64,000 nucleotides of DNA from Lepidodermella squamata (taxonomy: Eukaryota; Animalia; Gastrotricha), in NCBI GenBank assembly GCA_047495785.1, contig JBLDXI010000054.1, positions 3,596,001 to 3,660,000 of the forward strand, given 5' to 3'. Within the stretch, counting starts at the first letter, position 1; each line of letters opens with the position of its first letter. A program made the translations under genes and the position numbers. The notes beneath the pieces are model-generated. The model did not search any database. It saw nothing but the letters and a program-made list of their open reading frames with translations, and was not told where the DNA came from. Positions 35,705 through 47,721 of this stretch are shown piece by piece.

Positions 35705-37972
35705 ATGGACATCGCGGCTAATTTAGTGCCAATGCTTTTACCGTTTTTCGCTCCGCAACCGGGACCTCCGCCTCTGATCCCGGCTGTCAACAGTCCGCCT
35801 ACAGCAGGCTTGAAAAGGGACCAAGAGAACGATGATCAACACTGCCGAGTTTGCGGGTCGCCAGCCAACAAAATTCGATGTGGCGTCATAGCATGCGAAG
35901 CTTGCAAGGTGACTATCATTTTTCCATGACGTGTCCCTTTCTAAACTAAAACATTATTTCGATGACCCTTTTTAGCAAGTGTAACTAGGGACACATAATT
36001 CATGTTGCCCATTTTCTATCAATTAATGAGAATTTTTCATTGTAGAAATTTTTCCTGCGCAATCGTGACAATTTGGCCCAGTTGCAGTGTGTCACCCAGC
36101 GTGGTGATTGCATCGTAAGTTTCGCCACGGCAGCTGCCGGCCCCGGGGGTAACAACAAGCGATCGGCGTGTTCTCGATGCCGTCTAGCTAAGTGTTTCGC
36201 AGTCGGCATGCGAATTAAAGGTCTGAAATTCAACCCTCGCTTCTGAAATCGATCTATTTGTGTGTTGTTGTAAAAGGAAACGTTTATACGAAGCCGAGGC
36301 CGCGGAGGGCAGGACGACAGGTCAGCGATAGCCCTGATCACCAGGTAGGAGCTGCATCTGAGACTTCGTCGTCCGGCTTCGGTCAATCGGAAGCATCGGC
36401 GTCCGTTCGCGAGCCGAGCATCGGCGATGACGAGTTCATCGAGGTCGTCGATATCACGCCGCCGCGCGACGCATCATCGCCGCGCTATCAATTATTAGCC
36501 CAGCAGCAGCAGGGTGTTGATAGCAACAGCAGCAGCGACAGCAGAGACGCGCAAATTAAAGAGAGTGCGACGAGCGTGATGGCGCGGCTTCTCGCCCAGC
36601 CGCGTAATCAATCACCGACGCGAGGTTCCATACCGCTTGAGCCACCGTCCGACTGCACCATGTCAACGCACGAAACTCTGAGAAATGTCATGGCTGCCGC
36701 TGCCGAGCTATCCATGTTTCAATCAGTGAGTCTAAAAAAAAGTGATAAAATAAGAAAAAAACAACGTAAACAATGGATAAATTAGAACAATCCACAATCC
36801 ACACCATTCTGCCCTTCTTGCGCTCATTTAGGAGGGCTTATAAAATTGCTGTTACCTGATGGTAGCCTTGAACTTCAGCTTGCCAGCGGTACCATATACA
36901 CGTCATTCTGAAAAATACCTGATTTTTTAGAAAATTTATTAAGTCTCTAAAAATTCCCGAATTTTATAAAAAAAAATGCAGACGAGTTGTTTAAATTTAC
37001 CCATAACTTCAATTATTTCTATAAAATCAAGGTAAATTTAAAAAATTCAGGAAATTTTCATAGCATCGGTACTCCCTATGTTCTCGAAATTTCAAATTTT
37101 TTCTGATTTTTCTGATATATTGTGCTGATTTATTTAGTTACCATGGACAATAAGGCGCGATACCATCAAAACCGACCGTGCAATGTGGGACATGACGATG
37201 GAGAACTTTGATTTCGCCGTTTTTCATTCGTACCAGTTCATTCAACAGCTACCTGGCTACAACGACCTCCCGCTCGCTGATAGATGTCACTTGTTTGCCG
37301 GCTCATTCATTCCTAGCGTAGTGGCCCAGGTCACCCTACCGGGGTGCACTGGCGCATCGTTTTTCGGCCAAAATGACTACAACCACGAGATGTTTTTCCG
37401 CTGTTTCCCGCATTTTTTTAACCTCGAATCGGTTATTAATGCCGCTGGAGCAGCGATGAAGCTATGGAACCCTACTTTCATGGAGTACGCGATTCTCCAG
37501 GCGCTCTTATTTTTTCAAGGTAAAATTCTGAAAAATTACGAAAAAATTAATTCCACTTCCTATATTCATTTTAGTCGACACTTTGAACCAGTTAACGCGA
37601 CCCGACATCGTCGTGCAGGCAAATCGGAAGTTGAAACAGGCCCTGAATTCGTTCTACCAGGCGAACAAGGAGTACTATTTGAACATTCATCACTTTCAAC
37701 GAGTCTACACTCTGCTGCGGCAGGTCGAGAGCGTCTACGATGTTGATATGTACATATTCGCCAACAACCGGCCGGACCTCATTCACAAAAATCGCCTGTT
37801 CGCCGAAATGTTCTATTTGCCGGTAATATATAGTTTTTCCCTTTTTAGGCAATAAATATCAAGTTGACGATTTTTTTTCTCGTAGGCTGAGGGTCGCGAG
37901 CAACGCTGGTATCAGATGAAAGCTTCGATCGAAGCGCCGCCGAAATCAGCCTCACCTGCACCCTCCTTATAG
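35705..37972 (+). CDS. Divergent nuclear hormone receptor (NR1-like), P-box CEACKK
   Basis: CRVCGSPA...ACEACK|KFFLR...C...C...CSRCRLAKCFAVGM DBD; LBD signature FIQQLPGYNDLPLADRCHL, EYAILQALLFF, AF-2-like LFAEMF. Confidence 0.88.
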
Positions 37973-38358
37973 CGACTTCAGAGAAGGGCGATGACTTCGA
38001 AGTTTACTTATTAATTCATATATGTGATGATTATTTGCACGCAGAAATTTGAAATGTAAATTGTTATTTTACTTGTATCTCGTGAAGAATGTTTCCAATA
38101 AAAAGCTGCTTTGAGACGGCATTGGTGTGCGAAATTTCGCGTAGGATTTTCATATAATTTAAGCAGGTCAAAAAGTTTGCGCTGGATTCAGGTCAATTTC
38201 ATTTGTTTACCGTAGTTCAGCGGCTGATATTATATAGACTGGTCCATCGCCTTTTATCGCCTAAATTTTTATCAAATTATTACCCCGCATTGTTCCGGAA
38301 AATTGGAAAACTTTTATCTGAGTGTTTATTTAATTTCCGAACTTCTGATTAGTAAGAT

Positions 38359-39528
38359 ATGAATGCAACCGAATATTGTTTGTCCGTACATTACAAAGTT
38401 CCGTGCTTTGCGGCCTGCTTCGAAGAATTCCTATGGAACTACATCTATCCTCCGGTCGTTGTTTTAGGACTGCTATTGAATACAGTTTCAGCCATCGTTT
38501 TCTTCTGCAACTCATCCTTGGTCGGTCCAGCTTATACCTTGCTGCGAGCCACTAATATCAATGGGTTGATATATTTCTCGACATGGTGGTCAAACATGAT
38601 CTTCCACTGCACCACCGTGCCAGAAATCTGCCGGCGACACGTGTCATCACCGGTTTTGCGGCATGTGATTGTCGTTTTGAACGACAGTTCGGCATATCTG
38701 CTGGCGGAAACTGCAATCTGGGCTAATAACATTATCATAATCTTCTACGGAATCCAGCGGTGGATGGTAATGTCGCTTGATCCGAACAAACGTCAAAATA
38801 ATATCGGAAGAAAGTTCTTTCAACACCGTTTTACTGTAAAAACCGCGAGGTATTGCATTGCTCTAGCATTACAGGTGATTATTCCGTAAAAACTGAATAT
38901 TTCGAGTAATTTTTCTTCGCTTCAGATCGCGTTTTACAAGCGACTAATGGAGGTAAGCTATACCATGAATATGGATACCAAAAGTCCGTTCGGCTCTTAT
39001 GGATCCACCTTTATCAGCGTAATCGAAGTGAAGCGATTTATCACTCGTTTCGCTTTTGCATTGATGCAAATCGGCAATTTGGGCCTTCTAATATTCTCCA
39101 TCATGTCACTTGGACTTACCTGTCGAAGGTTGCGAAATATTGCTAGGAGAAAAGGCAAGTGCACCGAATCTATGGACGGCTTCATTTTCTGCGAGCGGCA
39201 GATTCGGATCACGCGACTCTACGTATCAATTGCTACAGGACACGCCATCCATGGGGTCTATGAATTCTTCTACAACTCGTTGTATGCGTATCAAGGTGAA
39301 GACAGCTCTTTGCCGTTGGAAACAAGGTGTGAGCTGTACACGATTCTAGCTGAAATTCACAATATTTTGGCGTTGATTGCTGAAATAGCCGTGCCTGTTA
39401 TGTGCCTTGTTGTGAACAATGCTTTTCGCAAAGTTTTACTGTTGAAAATGCGCCAATTCCTCATACGATTTCGGGAAGTGATTTTCAAAATATCGGATAA
39501 TCAGGAATATCTAGTGGCTCAGGGCTGA
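38359..39528 (+). CDS. Orphan class A GPCR (peptide-receptor/Srw-like, divergent), 2 exons
   Basis: TM1 YIYPPVVVLGLLLN, TM3 end GIQRW (DRY-like), ERQIRITRLYV in ICL3, TM7 PVMCLVVNNAFRK; intron ~38875-38925. Confidence 0.8.
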
Positions 39529-40014
39529 AGTTTCTGATTGTATCCGCATTTCTAGCTGATGACAATTTGACAGAATAAAGCTCGAACTTAGAGATCAGTC
39601 GTTAGAAGGAATCGGGTTAAAAGTTATTTACATGCACCGAAATTTCCCAACGCCTCTTGCATAATGAAAAACCTAAAAATTGCAAGTTCCATCACGTGTG
39701 CTGTCTGTGCGTTACTACTCCAAGTACTGATTGATAATTAGTATAATTAAGCCTTGTGATGTTTTGCTCAGGTCAATGTGTCCGGTGGGATGGAATTCAA
39801 GTTCAAGCAATACCCCGCAAGTTCTACCTCCGTAATATATAACCTTTTACTCTGATTTGTATGAGAGGCCGATGTCGGTTCGTGTCGATGACGTTGATCT
39901 GTCTAAAATGGAAGTAGTTCATAATGCGTGGCAAGCTTTTAAGGTAATTGATAGAGTGGTCAAGCAAAAACATGGGAATAAAAAGACAGAATCATCAGAT
40001 CATACATTCAAATC

Positions 40015-42408
40015 ATGAATCTATATTCGAATTTTCTGCTTTTAATCTTGTTAACGGAAGGCTTATATGCTGCAGAGCAAGCAAAATTGCGCTTGCTGGC
40101 CTTCATTCGAAGAACTGGGAATGAACCCAGAGATGGGGTGTCTTGCATGGCATCCATGAAAATTGCCCTCGACGCCGCGAACAACTCGACCGTTATCCTG
40201 CCTAACTACGATGTTGTGGTTCAATACGCTGACGAGGCAGCACAGGGAAGCGCCAGCATCGCAACAACCGTTCGCTTTGCAAGAAACACCAGCATAGAAG
40301 AGGCGAAGTCACCGATTGTGGTCGCACCTTTCTGGTCAACTGGCTGCAAGCCTTTTGCGAATATTCTTCACCGTATCGACATGGTTGGAATCAGCCCTAG
40401 TTGCTCAGGTTCCTTGCTTCCTCCGGACCGAGTGCGGTACCCCAACCTCTACCGCATAAGGGCACCTGGAACTCTAGCCCTTCAAGTAATGGCCTACTTC
40501 ATAGGCAAAATTGGCGGATGGAAGAAGGTAGCACTGCTTGGCTATGCCGCAAGTGCTCGAGATTACACTGACGCCACGCTATTCGGGAACGTAAGTAATG
40601 GATATAAATTGGAGTTTGTATTTGCTCGAATTTTCCTCGACCTTCATCCTGAACTGATGGCTGACTTGATCAACAGCGATGCTAGGATTATGACTCTGTT
40701 CTCCACGACGAACACAGTAATCATCGACTTCATGTGCAAAACCTATAAATACGGACTGACTGGTCCAAGATTTGTCTTTTTGATCGCAACGGGTGGATTA
40801 CTTGATCCAGTTCTGGACGCCGTCAGCCGACCACCTGGTTGCACCCTCGACATGATCGGTGAGCAGATGTCCATTACTTATTGGATTGGAAGTGTGCTGA
40901 ATGCAGTTCAGAACAACGGCGTAACTACCTTTGGCTATGACTTGACTGAATTCGAGCGCCGCTTCGATGCTGCGACAAACAAATCCAGAACTGCAGATCA
41001 AATCAACAAGCATTCGTGTCATGACACCATGTTGCAAACGATCTTGACTCTAGATAAAACCGAGCGAGCTCTTAATGCCATGAGCATGACGCTAGCCGAC
41101 TACAAAACGCAGCCGGAACTGGTGTCGCTAGTTGCCAATTCAAGCGCGGCAACGCTGGAATACGTCGGCTTGAGATCTGGCCTCCAAAAGTATTCCAGTC
41201 GATTGGAATTGGACGATGAAGCACAAGTTGTCTTGTTGTGGGACAAGAAATCATCTTCATTCCGAACGCTGTACCAAATCAATCGTAATTTACTGGCCAA
41301 TGGCTTTGATGCTAATTCCTACACCTACAAACAGCTCTACGACAAGCCATTCGGGACTGTAGATGGTAGACCTCCCAAAGACTTCCCTGGTGAAATATTC
41401 GTTTTCCAAGACGAGGAACTTTCCTTTGCTTATCGTATAATTCAGTTCATCGCTGCGTTCTCCATTCTCGTCCAACTGATGCTGATAATTGCTATATGGT
41501 ACACGCATATCGGATATTCGATCAGCTTGAAAGTCAACAATTTTATGATCGTCCTAGGCTGCCTATTTTTGAATGCCAGTGCAATTTGTATGGTTGAAAA
41601 TGCCGTCGGAACACTAGGTACCGGGATATGTTTCCTCAGATATATTTTTTGGACCTTGGGAATGTCTCTCATTACCGCGATTCTGGTCTTCAGAATAGTT
41701 CAGTTTCAGAGGTGCAACCATGAGCAGCGCAAAACCAGCGCCGTGGAAGCCAAGAAGGCAAATAGTCTTTACGTGGCGCCTAATAGAGTACTGCCAGCCA
41801 TTATGAGCATTCAAATTCGGGCTAATTTCAAGTTATTAGAACAGAAAATGTGGAGAAATGGACTGGTATTCAAAGGCACGACGATTTCCCTCATGGTAAG
41901 CACATCGATTTTGATTGTATGGTTCCTTATCGACCTACCCCACAACGATGTTTCCAATCTTCTTGACCTACAAGAGTTCAACTCATCCGGCGACTTTTAT
42001 ATCACTCCAAAATCGATAATTTGCACTAGCGACTACGTAGGCTTCTGGTTACTGGGACTCTCAATTCTGGAACTTGTCCTTCTTTGCATCGGCTGCTTCT
42101 ACATCATCACTCTGAGAAACAGCATTATTCTCACCGAATCACCGGAGGCGAAATTCATTTGCGTTGCAGCTGGAAACAATATTTTACTTCACGTAGCAAC
42201 AATGTTAGTCTACATTGTTGCCGATGAGAATTCACTAGGAGGCCGTGTTGCTGTTAGTCTGATGTTAGTGCTTCTGTCGTTCTCTACGACGATAGCTGTT
42301 CAGTGGCCTGTTGTTCAGTCCATGCTAGGAGAATGTTTTAAAGCAAGTCGGCCTAGAAGTCGCGTTTCATTCGCCGTACCTACTGGATACAAGACAGGGT
42401 CACATTAA
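40015..42408 (+). CDS. Intronless GABA-B-like class C GPCR, paralogue 1
   Basis: Signal peptide, Venus flytrap domain (IALDAANN...ILPNY, RYPNLYR, GWKKVA, FMCKTYKYGLTGPRFVF, HDTML), DGRPPKD linker without a cysteine-rich domain, 7TM region with ESPEAKFI. Confidence 0.88.
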   Translation: MNLYSNFLLLILLTEGLYAAEQAKLRLLAFIRRTGNEPRDGVSCMASMKIALDAANNSTVILPNYDVVVQYADEAAQGSASIATTVRFARNTSIEEAKSPIVVAPFWSTGCKPFANILHRIDMVGISPSCSGSLLPPDRVRYPNLYRIRAPGTLALQVMAYFIGKIGGWKKVALLGYAASARDYTDATLFGNVSNGYKLEFVFARIFLDLHPELMADLINSDARIMTLFSTTNTVIIDFMCKTYKYGLTGPRFVFLIATGGLLDPVLDAVSRPPGCTLDMIGEQMSITYWIGSVLNAVQNNGVTTFGYDLTEFERRFDAATNKSRTADQINKHSCHDTMLQTILTLDKTERALNAMSMTLADYKTQPELVSLVANSSAATLEYVGLRSGLQKYSSRLELDDEAQVVLLWDKKSSSFRTLYQINRNLLANGFDANSYTYKQLYDKPFGTVDGRPPKDFPGEIFVFQDEELSFAYRIIQFIAAFSILVQLMLIIAIWYTHIGYSISLKVNNFMIVLGCLFLNASAICMVENAVGTLGTGICFLRYIFWTLGMSLITAILVFRIVQFQRCNHEQRKTSAVEAKKANSLYVAPNRVLPAIMSIQIRANFKLLEQKMWRNGLVFKGTTISLMVSTSILIVWFLIDLPHNDVSNLLDLQEFNSSGDFYITPKSIICTSDYVGFWLLGLSILELVLLCIGCFYIITLRNSIILTESPEAKFICVAAGNNILLHVATMLVYIVADENSLGGRVAVSLMLVLLSFSTTIAVQWPVVQSMLGECFKASRPRSRVSFAVPTGYKTGSH

Positions 42409-43086
42409 CATACCGCAGAAGACTGAAAATTCTACTCTGCAGCCGACAAAGTTTCATTACCATATCATATATTTTTTCGTGAAGTCATTAAAGAAAATTG
42501 AGATAGAAGTCTTGAGAAATAAATTGAGGAAGCTCTATAACGGTTGATTAGTCAGTTGTCTGGGCTCCGTTTGTCGGCGGACGAAAAGATCTCAATGAGT
42601 TCATTTGAATTTATGTACCTACTCGCGGAGCCATGGATTGTCTTGTCCGTCATAGCTTGATCTCAAGTTACAGCCATCCCGCATTGCTTACGTTTGAGTA
42701 AAGAATGTTAACGAGCAAGATTAAGCTCATCAGGTTACAAAATACAAATCCCAGCCATCGCCCAGGCTATTTTCATTTCAAAGGTCGCTTGCTGTCGATT
42801 TTGAAGATACATATATGTATGTAGCTGTTAATTACAACAGGTTATAGGATGGCATATTATGCTTATGGTTAAGTCACGTTCAGTGTCCAAAAATCGTGAT
42901 TTCAAAAATTCATATCACACTAATTGCATGTATAAATTTCATCACATACCACGCTGAGAATAACATCCGTAAAAAGTGTTCCACGATCACGCGCGTGAGA
43001 CTTGCAGATCAGAATAACCGCAATCCAATATAAACCGGCGCGTCGAACAAATTCTGTCCGCAATGTCAAATTTTATACCGCTCACT

Positions 43087-45447
43087 ATGCGAATTTCAGC
43101 ATGGCTCCTTTTGGCAATCTGTCCTGTGGCAGTACTTGCTGTCAAAGAAACCAAGCTTCACGTGCTCTCATTTGTTCGGATAACCGGAAGCGAGCCAAGA
43201 GATGGCGGATCCTGTAAGGCGGCGATGCAAATAGCAGCCGACGCCGCCAATAACTCAACTTCTATATTACCGAAGTTCGAAATCGTGCCTGTCTACGTAG
43301 ACGAGGCAGCTCAAGGCAGCTCAAGTGTTGCTGAGACTATTAGGTTTCTCGACGAGGACACATTGAAGTCACCAATAGTGGTGGCCCCATATTCAACAGT
43401 GGGCTGCAGACAGCTTGCGTTGGTACTGGATCATCTGAACCTCGTAGGAATAAGTCCGGGTTGTTCGGGATCCGCGATTGTTCCGGACAGAAACCTGTAC
43501 CCAAACATTTACCGTATCAGAGCTCATGCATCTCTGGGGATGTTCGTAATGGCTCGTTTCATTTTCGATATCGGTCGGTGGAAAAAGGTCGGGATCCTAA
43601 CTTTTGTTCAAAGCTCACGAGACTACTTGGATGCAAAGAACCTGATTGATATCTGCATTAAAGGCGGAGTTGAATTAGCATACGGAAGGCTATTCGTGGA
43701 TTTGAACACTGAAGTGATGACATCTCTCAAAGAAAGTGACGTTCGAGTCATTGTGCTCCAATCCTCTTCCTCTGCCGTTACTATCGATTTCCTCTGCAAA
43801 GCTTATCAGTACGGAATGACTGGCTCCCGCTTCGTTTTCATATTTCCATCACTAGCTATCTTTGATCCCATAATGGATGTAGTCAATCCACCTGCTGGAT
43901 GTACAACAGAAATAATTATCGAACAAATCAGACTAGTTTACTGGTCTGGTGGTGTGATGAATTCACTTCAGAACAACGGAATGACAGCTCTAGGATACGA
44001 TTTGACTGAATTTGAGCGTCGATTTGATTTAGCGAGAAATGGGACCCGATCAGCTGATGACATGCTTAAGCACTCATGCCACGATGCCATGCTACAAACA
44101 ATTCTAACCCTAGAGAACGCAGAAAATACGTTGAACAGATCGAGTTTATCGCTTTCTGATTTCTCCAAGTCACCGGCCTTGATATCGGATATGGTCAACA
44201 GGAGTGCAGCTAATATTGAGTACGTCAGCTTAAGAGCAGGATTGCAGAAATATTCTCGCCGCCTGGAAATGGACAATGAGTCGCAAGCTGTTTTGCGTTG
44301 GATTAAAAATGTATCATCCTATCGGCTGCTTTATCAGGTCTCTCGGCAGCAAAACGCGACAGCGGAAGATGTAAATGGTTACTTCATCGATAGAGTTTAC
44401 GACACCCCTTTCAGAACTCCCGATGGCCAACCCCCGAAAGATTTCCCGGGTACAATTGTTTTGATTATTGACAAAGGAATTGCGGCTTCCAAGCGAATTA
44501 TTCAAGCCTTGGCAGCAACCGCGCTTCTGTTTCAACTACTTATGCTTCTATTCACTTGCCGTAGTACCATGGATTTGAGCTCAAAGGCCAGCTCTAAAGG
44601 CAACAAAATTGCTATTTCCATCGGTTGCATGTCTATTACATCAGGGGTTTTATGTATGGTTGAAAACTCTTCAGGACTTCTTGGCGCAATTTCCTGCTAC
44701 CTTAGATTTGCCTTGGGTTTCTTCGGCTTTTCCCTGGTCAGTTCTCTAATAGTCTTCCGCTTGGTATTGTTTTCGCGCCGCCAACGGGATCAGCGCACAA
44801 TTAGCCTTTTAGATGTGAACGTGGCCAACGCGAGGCCATCTAACAGAAGTGGCTACATGACTACTCTGAAAAACGCGAATGTGAGACGGCTCGAAGCTCA
44901 GATTTGGAAGGATGGACCAGTCGCTAAGGGTGCAGTAGTGGTAATATCGATCACTCTGATAATCCTAATAGCTTGGTTGGTTGTGGATCCCATCATGAAT
45001 GACACCGAGATGGACAAGCAGTACTTTGACATTGCTAGTGATCATTACGTCATTCAGAGAAATCTCGACTGTGCAAGTAAGAATGAAGTCTATTGGCTTT
45101 CGGCTCTAATCTTGCAACAACTTCTACTGCAACTTATTGGAGGCTGTTTTCTTTTTGGCTTGAGAAACAGTTTGATCGCCCAACAGATAGAAGAGGCTCG
45201 CTGCTACTGCATTGCAGCAGCTAATTGCATAGTGCTATTTCTGGCAGTTGTTTTGGTTTACGTAATCACCGATCCCAGTTCAGTTGAAGGCCGCGTCGCT
45301 ACTTGTTTGATCCTATTAATGCTGTCCCTATCAACAACCTTGGCAACCAATTGGGTGCGGGTGCAATATGTCCTCAGGAGATTCATCTGCAAACAGGCAG
45401 CTCATCCGCCTATTTCAAGAGGCACATCGAATTCTAATAGCGTCTAA
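43087..45447 (+). CDS. Intronless GABA-B-like class C GPCR, paralogue 2
   Basis: Colinear with 40015-42408 (shared EPRDG, DEAAQGS, LGYDLTEFERRFD, KHSCHD, PPKDFPG, GRVA motifs). Start at 43063 or 43087. Confidence 0.88.
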   Translation: MRISAWLLLAICPVAVLAVKETKLHVLSFVRITGSEPRDGGSCKAAMQIAADAANNSTSILPKFEIVPVYVDEAAQGSSSVAETIRFLDEDTLKSPIVVAPYSTVGCRQLALVLDHLNLVGISPGCSGSAIVPDRNLYPNIYRIRAHASLGMFVMARFIFDIGRWKKVGILTFVQSSRDYLDAKNLIDICIKGGVELAYGRLFVDLNTEVMTSLKESDVRVIVLQSSSSAVTIDFLCKAYQYGMTGSRFVFIFPSLAIFDPIMDVVNPPAGCTTEIIIEQIRLVYWSGGVMNSLQNNGMTALGYDLTEFERRFDLARNGTRSADDMLKHSCHDAMLQTILTLENAENTLNRSSLSLSDFSKSPALISDMVNRSAANIEYVSLRAGLQKYSRRLEMDNESQAVLRWIKNVSSYRLLYQVSRQQNATAEDVNGYFIDRVYDTPFRTPDGQPPKDFPGTIVLIIDKGIAASKRIIQALAATALLFQLLMLLFTCRSTMDLSSKASSKGNKIAISIGCMSITSGVLCMVENSSGLLGAISCYLRFALGFFGFSLVSSLIVFRLVLFSRRQRDQRTISLLDVNVANARPSNRSGYMTTLKNANVRRLEAQIWKDGPVAKGAVVVISITLIILIAWLVVDPIMNDTEMDKQYFDIASDHYVIQRNLDCASKNEVYWLSALILQQLLLQLIGGCFLFGLRNSLIAQQIEEARCYCIAAANCIVLFLAVVLVYVITDPSSVEGRVATCLILLMLSLSTTLATNWVRVQYVLRRFICKQAAHPPISRGTSNSNSV

Positions 45448-45546
45448 CAAAATGTTCACTTTTCTTTTTTCTCTGAGTATTGATGTAATAAACGATATTA
45501 AAAACCAAATGATAAAAGGCACAAGTCCTATTTTGTTGGCTAAGGA

Positions 45547-47721
45547 TCATTTTGAGTTAGCTAATAGTTTACGCAAGATTCCAATTCCGACAATTCGCTG
45601 TCCGCGTATCAGGGCTCGAGTATCTTTTGCGCCTTTCGAATAGAGTAAAATTCTAAGTTCGGATTTGGACGCCGCGCTCAACGCATTGCATCCTTTGCTG
45701 TTGACAGCATTGACGTCAGACCCATTTTCCAGAAGAATTTTGACAGCAGTCGTGTGGCCGTTGCTAATTAAAACAGGAGACAGTATAGAGTTTCACCAAG
45801 ACGTAGGTTGAGAATGGCAATAATAAACTTATTTGTCAATGTCAATTCTGACCTTGCAGCTGCTATCAGCGCAGTATCGCCGTTATTATTTTGCATCCGG
45901 ACGTCTGCACCGCGATCAATCAGCAACTAAACACAGGTGGGAAATACGATATATATAAATACTTGAATCTTAATCCAATATCCCATAATGATTTTAGAGG
46001 GAATCGCATACCTGTACAGTGTCAGAGTGTCCGCCAAAGGAGGCAAATATCAAACTTGTATCACCAAAAGATGTTTTCGCGTTGATCTCAGCTCCAAGGT
46101 CTAGCAGCTGCTCGACAGCCTCGACGTGACCTTTTTCACTTGCCATCATCAGGGGCGTATACCCTGCGATCTGAGTACAGTCACGAACACTAGCCCCCTT
46201 GGTAACCAGCAGTTGGATTGTCGGAGCATGCCCCCCTGCTGCTGCGTGGATAATTGGCGAACAGCCTCCGTTATCCCTCACGTGCAAGTTCGCGCCCTTC
46301 GCCAACAGCACGTCAACTAGCGATGTTTTCCCGAACGAAGAAGCCGTTAGTAGTCCCGTGTTGGCTAACATTTGCCTCTCGTCATTATCTGCATGGTCAA
46401 GCAACATCGTAGCAACCTCGATATTACCGTTAGCGCACGCATTCACCATTGCGCTGGTTTTGTTGGGACCAATCTTAAGAGATAACAGGAGTTCAAGAAT
46501 TCAAGCACGAAAATCAAGACGAACCTTTTCAATTATCGCATTTTCTTCAGTGTCAAAGAAAGATGTCCAGTCAAGAATATTCCTCTCATCACGAATCCAC
46601 GATGCCGAGGGTTTAGAAAGTGTTGCAGGTAAAAACTTTGGGGCTGGGATAGTTAAATGCTCCAAGTCAATTATCTAAAATTTATTAAAATTTTACTGTA
46701 TTTATGAAACAGTAAGAGAAGAACTTACAACATTCCGAAGCTTTTTGACTTCCTTAGCATAGATTCCTATGTCGGATAAAGCATGTCCACGGATAAGCAG
46801 TGAATTCGCGATCTCCTCGGCTTTATTGTAGACTGCCTTAGCATCTTCAACTTTGAGTAAGGTTTCATCAACGATGAGGCTGATATCATGCTTGAGTTGC
46901 CTTGCCTCAGCCATAAGGACATCAACTTTTCGCTCGACCTCCGCTTCAAACATCTTCTTGGTCAACGATGACCAAGTTAGTATGACTGACTCGTAATTTT
47001 TGTCAAATCCATCTAAGACTCGAGTTAGCTTTGACAATACTCGTAGGGTTTTCATTTGCCAATGCGTTGAACGCTTCTCGAGCTGTAAATTGAAGGTGAG
47101 AAGGGGATAAGAGTATTTTGCCCATATCTTACAGATTCGAGGTCACTGAGCAGCCTGTCACTGAGCTCATTCGTGTGGGCTAGTTCGTGCATTTCGCAGA
47201 GCCATGATCCGCAATGATAACAGGCCATACTTGTGCTACTAAACGGGCACTGTGGGATCTGGCATTTCAGCACCCTATCTTCCTCCAATTCGTTCAATTC
47301 ACTGTCCAAAGGCGATAGAAGGGGTGATTTTGAGCCACTTCTATCAAATGTTCTGCTCTTCGGTATTGTAAGCCGATGAACTCCGCCTATGAAAAGTCTC
47401 AATAATTAATGGTTCATAGACAAATGCTGTACCTGATTGGTTGAATGGGCCAGTAATTGAATCTCCACATTGCTGGCAGCAGATAGCGTGTCTAACCTCT
47501 GCAGCGTGAGCTATACACCAAACGCACATGACCTGTTGGAAACAGCACGGTAATCGAAGTGTGGAGGCGGATACCCGCTGCTGCTGGCAGACATCGCATT
47601 CTCGAAAGTCACCCAACAGGCTCATTTGCGTGAAAGTGTTGAAGCTCTTAGATTTGGCTACTTTAGTAGGACTGCTGTTGGAAGAATGAATAGTAGCCAT
47701 TATAGTTATTGTGGATGACAT
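45547..47721 (-). CDS. RING - B-box - coiled-coil - ankyrin-repeat protein (TRIM-like), multi-exon
   Basis: RING-like CDVC...LPCC...CVWC...CQQC; B-box-like C..C...CYHCGSWLCEMHELAH; helical region; several ankyrin repeats (GCSPIIHAAAGGH, GYTPLMMASEKGH, GDTSLIFASFGGH, NGHTTAVKILLENGSDVNA); stop at 45547. Confidence 0.75.

Noticed and set aside
38160-38200. Two AGGTCA nuclear-receptor half-sites upstream of the class A GPCR
   Set aside because: Spacing is not a standard response element, and hexamers occur by chance.
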